NCBI GenBank assembly: GCA_037137535.1
Contig: JBAXKC010000038.1
Location: 1 to 23,158 of the forward strand
From: a bacterium
GTDB taxonomy: Bacteria; Cyanobacteriota; Vampirovibrionia; Gastranaerophilales; JBAXKC01
Direction: 5' to 3'
Length of the DNA: 23,158 nt
Part shown: positions 18,738-23,158 of the stretch, piece after piece
Position numbering within the stretch: the stretch's first letter is position 1
Layout: the number at the start of each line of letters is the position of its first letter
Notes under the pieces: generated by a model
What the model was told of the DNA's origin: nothing
Databases searched by the model: none
What the model saw: only the letters and a program-made list of their open reading frames with translations
Made by a program: the position numbers and the translations under genes

Positions 18738-19844
18738 ATGCATAATGAAAACATTAATATTTTGCAGTTAATCTCTTCATTAGAGGTTGGTGGAGCTGAA
18801 AAACTGTTAATCGAACAGTTAAAATCATCAAAAAAATTAGATCTTCCTGTTAATTATTCCATTGTAATAGTTAATGATTTATTAAATGAGCAATTAAAAG
18901 AGGAATTAGTTTCTATTGGATATAATGTTTATTTTTTACACCGAAAAGAAAATAGTAAAAATCCAAGATACTTTTTTGATTTATTTAATATTATCAGAAA
19001 AAATAAAATTAATATTATTCATTCCCATGATCCGGGGTGTAAAAAATGGGAAGTTATATTTAAATTATTAAATCCTAAACTAAAAACAGTTTTTACGATT
19101 CATGATACTAATATTGTGAAATCGTTTAATAAGTTTCATTCTTTTATTAGTAGATATTTAATTGATAAAAATATTGCAATATCAAAATCTGTCTATGATG
19201 AATGTATAAATAATTCACATAATAATGTTGTTCAAATAAATAATGGAGTGGATGTTGGATATTTTTCCAAAAATAAAGCTATTATTGATAAAAACAATAG
19301 TAAATTAGACATAATCAATGTCTCACGAATTACACATACTAAAAAAGGTCAAGATATTTTAATTAAAGCGTTGATTGAATGTAAAAAAAATGGACTTGAA
19401 TTTAGTTGCAAATTTGTTGGTGGTGTTAGTGATCACGAATCTTTTGAGTATTTAAAACAACTTGTTGAAGAGGGTAATATTTCGGATAATGTTCAATTTT
19501 TAGGCAATAGAAATGATATTTCAGAATTATTGGCAGGATCTAACTTGTTTATATTGCCTTCAAGATATGAAGGATTTGGGCTTGTTGTTATAGAAGCTAT
19601 GGCGGCTGGGTTGCCTGTGATTGCAAGTAATATTGACGGACCGGCTGAAATAATTCAAAATAATAAAAACGGCTTATTATTTGAGTCTGAAAATTATAAT
19701 GATCTTGTTGATAAAATTACATACTTTTACTACAATAGAGATAATATGATTGATATTGCATTAATTTCTAATAATTATGCATCCAGTTATGATATTTCAT
19801 TAATGACAAAAAAATACTATTCTTTATATAAGGAATTATCATGA
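18738..19844 (+). CDS. Glycosyltransferase family 4 (GT-B)
   Basis: GGAEK, NGVD, KGQD, PSRYEGFGLVVIEAMAAGLPVIAS. Confidence 0.95.
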   Translation: MHNENINILQLISSLEVGGAEKLLIEQLKSSKKLDLPVNYSIVIVNDLLNEQLKEELVSIGYNVYFLHRKENSKNPRYFFDLFNIIRKNKINIIHSHDPGCKKWEVIFKLLNPKLKTVFTIHDTNIVKSFNKFHSFISRYLIDKNIAISKSVYDECINNSHNNVVQINNGVDVGYFSKNKAIIDKNNSKLDIINVSRITHTKKGQDILIKALIECKKNGLEFSCKFVGGVSDHESFEYLKQLVEEGNISDNVQFLGNRNDISELLAGSNLFILPSRYEGFGLVVIEAMAAGLPVIASNIDGPAEIIQNNKNGLLFESENYNDLVDKITYFYYNRDNMIDIALISNNYASSYDISLMTKKYYSLYKELS

Positions 19845-20371
19845 AATTTAAAGAGCTGATTTGTCTTATAAGATCTGATATTTATAAATACAAACAAAAA
19901 AAAGAACTGAAAAATTCTTTATCTCTTTTATTTAATAAGTCCTTTATTGTGGTTTTTCTTTATAGAGTTTGTCATTATCTATATAAAAGCGAAAATAAAA
20001 TTCTTTTATTTCCTTTTGTTTCTCTTTTCAGAATTGTTAAAGAGAGACGTTATATTGATATTTCATATAAAACGTCTATAGGTGAAGCATTATATATCGA
20101 TTTTGCTTTTGGTATTGCTTTAAATGAGTTTATAAAAATTGGAAATAACGTTGAATTGTATCAATGCACAACTATAGGTGCAAGTGGAAGAGATAAATCT
20201 TATGGGCCTGAAATTGGAGATAATGTTATTCTGAAGCCGGGTTCAGTTGTTATTGGTCATTGCAAAGTAGGTAATAATGTTATTGTAGAAGCAAATAGTG
20301 TAATAACAAAAGATATTCCCGATGATTCAACAGTAATTGGTATTCCTAATATTATTTCAACTAACGTTTAG
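19841..20371 (+). CDS. CysE/WcaB-like hexapeptide O-acetyltransferase homolog (catalytic His apparently replaced)
   Basis: Hexapeptide repeats, YQCTTIG, PEIGDNV, ANSVITKDIP, GIP. ATGA overlap with the GT4 stop. Confidence 0.8.
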   Translation: MKFKELICLIRSDIYKYKQKKELKNSLSLLFNKSFIVVFLYRVCHYLYKSENKILLFPFVSLFRIVKERRYIDISYKTSIGEALYIDFAFGIALNEFIKIGNNVELYQCTTIGASGRDKSYGPEIGDNVILKPGSVVIGHCKVGNNVIVEANSVITKDIPDDSTVIGIPNIISTNV

Positions 20372-20436
20372 AGTTAAGTTTGTGTTAATTTAGACGTAAT
20401 ATGAATTTAAAAAAGATAGATAGAAAGTGATATGCA

Positions 20437-21015
20437 ATGACTTTAACATTGAAAGATTTAATATTTTTAATAAAATCAGATTTACATAGATATGAAGGAA
20501 AGACAAATTTTAAAATATTTTTGAAAAATTTTATTTTAAATAAAGGTTTTCAGCTTACTTTCTGGTATAGACTCTGTCATCATTTTTATATGAAAAATAA
20601 TAAACTGTTATTGGCTTTTTCTATTTTGTTTTTTAGAACTTATAAAGAAAAATATGGTATGGATTTTCACTATAAAGCTAAAATTGGTAGTGGTTTATGT
20701 TTATATCACGCTTTTGGTACGGCATTAGGACCTACTGTTGTTATAGGGAAAAATGCAAATATACTACACCGAGTAACCTTTGCAAATGTAGGTAGAGGCT
20801 CAAAAAAAGGAGCTCCGATTATTGGTGATAATGTATTATTAGCTCCTGGTTCAGCATTAATTGGAAATATACACATTGGTAGCAACTCTGTCTTAGCTGC
20901 AAATACTGTTGTCTCAATTGATATTCCAGAAAATTCTGTTGTTGCAGGTATTCCAGGTAAAGTTATATCTAACAAAGGTTCTCATGGATACATTTTAAAT
21001 ACTGATTATGAATAA
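20437..21015 (+). CDS. CysE/WcaB-like polysaccharide O-acetyltransferase
   Basis: IKSDLHRY, YHAFG, APIIGDNV, ANTVVSIDIPENSVVAGIPGKVI. Confidence 0.88.
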   Translation: MTLTLKDLIFLIKSDLHRYEGKTNFKIFLKNFILNKGFQLTFWYRLCHHFYMKNNKLLLAFSILFFRTYKEKYGMDFHYKAKIGSGLCLYHAFGTALGPTVVIGKNANILHRVTFANVGRGSKKGAPIIGDNVLLAPGSALIGNIHIGSNSVLAANTVVSIDIPENSVVAGIPGKVISNKGSHGYILNTDYE

Positions 21016-23110
21016 ACTCAGACTTTTTCTTCTTATAGCTTTATTATCTTTAGCTAATATTAGTTTAGCTGAGTCAAATGATCTTTTTCCCTTCGTCTTA
21101 CCTTGGGATGACAATACAAAAAATATTACTGATGTAAGTAGTTGGAATAAAAAACCGATTGGAAAAGAAGATTGTCTTTCAATAAAAAATGGACATATTT
21201 ATTCAGACAGTAAACGTATAAAGTTTATTGGTGTAAATATGACTTTTTCTGCAAATTTCCCTAATCACTATGACGCCGAAAAAATTGCTCAACGAATGGC
21301 AAAGTTTGGAATAAATTGCGTTCGTTTTCATCATATGGATACAAGGGCTTATCCTGATGGATTATTGAACAAAGATTTCCTCTCAATAAATCAGGAACAA
21401 ATAGATAAACTAGATTATTTTATATACCAATTAAAGCAAAATGGTATTTATTCCGACATCAACCTTCATGTAGCTAGAAAATATCCCAATCTACCTAAAT
21501 GGGATGGAATGCCTGAAGCCTATAAAGGTGTTGATCTGTTTTATCCTGATATGATAAATATGCAAAAAAATTACGCAAAAGATATTTTGACCCATTTAAA
21601 TCCATATACAGGTCTAAAATATGTAGAAGATCCATGTATTGCAGTTGTTGAAATAAATAATGAAAATTCGCTAATTAGAGAATGGTGGGCATTAAGGACT
21701 ATTAACAGAGATAATACTCCATCATTATATATCTCGGAACTTGAGTATCAATGGAATAAATGGTTACAAAGAAAATATATTGATAATGCTTTATTAAATA
21801 AAAAGTGGAAAACTTTAAATTATACTATAGGTAATATTAAAGCAATTGAACCATATGATAAAATTAATAATGAAATAAAAGTTGATTGGATTCAATTTTT
21901 AGTCGAAAAAGAAACTAATTATTATAATAGTATGTATGATTACATTAAAAATAATTTGCACTCTAAAAGTTTAATTATTGGAACGCAAAACTGTTTTAGT
22001 CCTTTTATAACACAGAAAAAAATGGATATAATTGATTCCCACTCCTATTGGCAGCATCCTGTTTTTCCGGGAAGAGCATGGGATCTTAATAACTGGTATA
22101 TAAATAATATTTCTATGACTGGTGAAAATAATGGCGGTTGTATAAGTGAGCTTGCACAATTTAATGTTGTGAATAAGCCATTTTTTGTTACTGAATATAA
22201 TCATTCTGCCCCAAACACCTTTTCTTCAGAGACTTTTCTTTTATTGTCGGCATATGCTGCTTTTCAAGACTGGGATGGTATTTTTGCTTTTGATTATATG
22301 CAGATTAAAAATTATAACTCACAAAAAATAAATGGATTTTTTGATATATCTCAAAATCCCAGTAAAATGAGTTCATTAATTCCGTCTTTTGCGTTGTTTA
22401 GAAGAATGGACGTTAAGCCTGCCAAAGAGATAAAAAGTATATTTGTTCCTGACAAAGAAATTATAGACAAAATGGTAACAGTTAAAACAAGTTGGATAAG
22501 TACAACGGTTTTTGGATTAAAGGGTAACAACGCTTTAAAGCACAGAATAGGATTTAGTTTATTTCCTTTAGTAACTCATGATAATTCTACGGAAGAAGTG
22601 ACTAATAATAATGTTATAAATAGTGACACAAACGAACTTTTTTGGGATAAACAAAATAAAAATTTAATAATTGATACTCCATTATCTAAAGCTTTTATAG
22701 GCAGAGCTGAAAGAAATAAGATTATAAGATTTAAGGATGATATTTCCATTAAAATATTAAAAACTAAGCAAGATTGGGCTGCTATAACTATGACTCAAAT
22801 GAATTGTAATAAATTTAATAACAATATCTTAATAACTGCAACGGGTTATAATGGAAATACAGACATGAAATGGAATGCAGAACAAAATTCATTAGTTGAA
22901 AATGATTGGGGGACAGCTCCGACTATCATTGAAGGTATTGATTCGGAAATACGATTTTCTGGCGATAAAGAAATTCATGTATGGGCTCTTGATGAAAAAG
23001 GGAATAGAAAAGAAGAAGTCCCTATAACTAAATTAGCAGATTCTTCAATAATAAATATAGCTCCTATATATAAAACATTATGGTATGAATTAGATATTAA
23101 TAATAAATAA
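21008..23110 (+). CDS. Exported clan GH-A (GH5-like) glycoside hydrolase
   Basis: Signal peptide (..SLA-E), FIGVN, GINCVRFHH, GIYSDINLH, HLNPYTG, acid/base INNEN (E219), HSYWQHP, nucleophile VTEYN (E396), QDWDG. Confidence 0.8.
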   Translation: MNKLRLFLLIALLSLANISLAESNDLFPFVLPWDDNTKNITDVSSWNKKPIGKEDCLSIKNGHIYSDSKRIKFIGVNMTFSANFPNHYDAEKIAQRMAKFGINCVRFHHMDTRAYPDGLLNKDFLSINQEQIDKLDYFIYQLKQNGIYSDINLHVARKYPNLPKWDGMPEAYKGVDLFYPDMINMQKNYAKDILTHLNPYTGLKYVEDPCIAVVEINNENSLIREWWALRTINRDNTPSLYISELEYQWNKWLQRKYIDNALLNKKWKTLNYTIGNIKAIEPYDKINNEIKVDWIQFLVEKETNYYNSMYDYIKNNLHSKSLIIGTQNCFSPFITQKKMDIIDSHSYWQHPVFPGRAWDLNNWYINNISMTGENNGGCISELAQFNVVNKPFFVTEYNHSAPNTFSSETFLLLSAYAAFQDWDGIFAFDYMQIKNYNSQKINGFFDISQNPSKMSSLIPSFALFRRMDVKPAKEIKSIFVPDKEIIDKMVTVKTSWISTTVFGLKGNNALKHRIGFSLFPLVTHDNSTEEVTNNNVINSDTNELFWDKQNKNLIIDTPLSKAFIGRAERNKIIRFKDDISIKILKTKQDWAAITMTQMNCNKFNNNILITATGYNGNTDMKWNAEQNSLVENDWGTAPTIIEGIDSEIRFSGDKEIHVWALDEKGNRKEEVPITKLADSSIINIAPIYKTLWYELDINNK

Positions 23111-23158
23111 GGCTCTAGACTAGCACTTTTCTTGTAAAACTTTTAAATTCTTTTTGTA

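Noticed and set aside
19841..21015. cysE (cysteine biosynthesis) assignment
   Set aside because: Short proteins lacking the CysE GGTG...RHP motif and sitting in a polysaccharide operon; WcaB-like role more likely.
17027..22204. Short - strand ORFs at 17027-17221, 20706-20975 and 21971-22204
   Set aside because: Antisense shadows of insA, the acetyltransferase and the hydrolase.
1..23158. CRISPR arrays, tRNA or rRNA genes
   Set aside because: No regularly spaced direct repeats, cloverleafs or rRNA-like sequence seen.

Overview
AT-rich genomic window from a diderm bacterium (OprB porin, Wza and a chemoreceptor are present). The gene style is compatible with a non-photosynthetic cyanobacterial relative such as Vampirovibrionia, but that is inference only. 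Left part (1-7.4 kb): an exported metallophosphoesterase, a possible 41-aa small protein, argH, an oprB-porin + methyl-accepting chemoreceptor pair, and a heavily decayed IS5-family transposase relic. Right part (7.5-23.1 kb): a Wzx/Wzy-type surface/exopolysaccharide locus (NDP-sugar synthase, wza, wzc, wzy-like, wzx, GT2, GT4, two CysE/WcaB-like acetyltransferases, an exported clan GH-A glycoside hydrolase). Embedded in it are a 676-aa beta-hairpin (YD-like) repeat protein with an RTX/type I secretion-like tail and a complete 788-bp IS1-family element with an 8-bp target duplication. The most unusual points are the repeat/RTX protein inside the locus, two apparent pseudoenzymes (a Wzc lacking Walker A, and an acetyltransferase with Phe at the catalytic His position beside an intact paralog), and an IS1 whose two ORFs join by a +1 shift at an A9 run.
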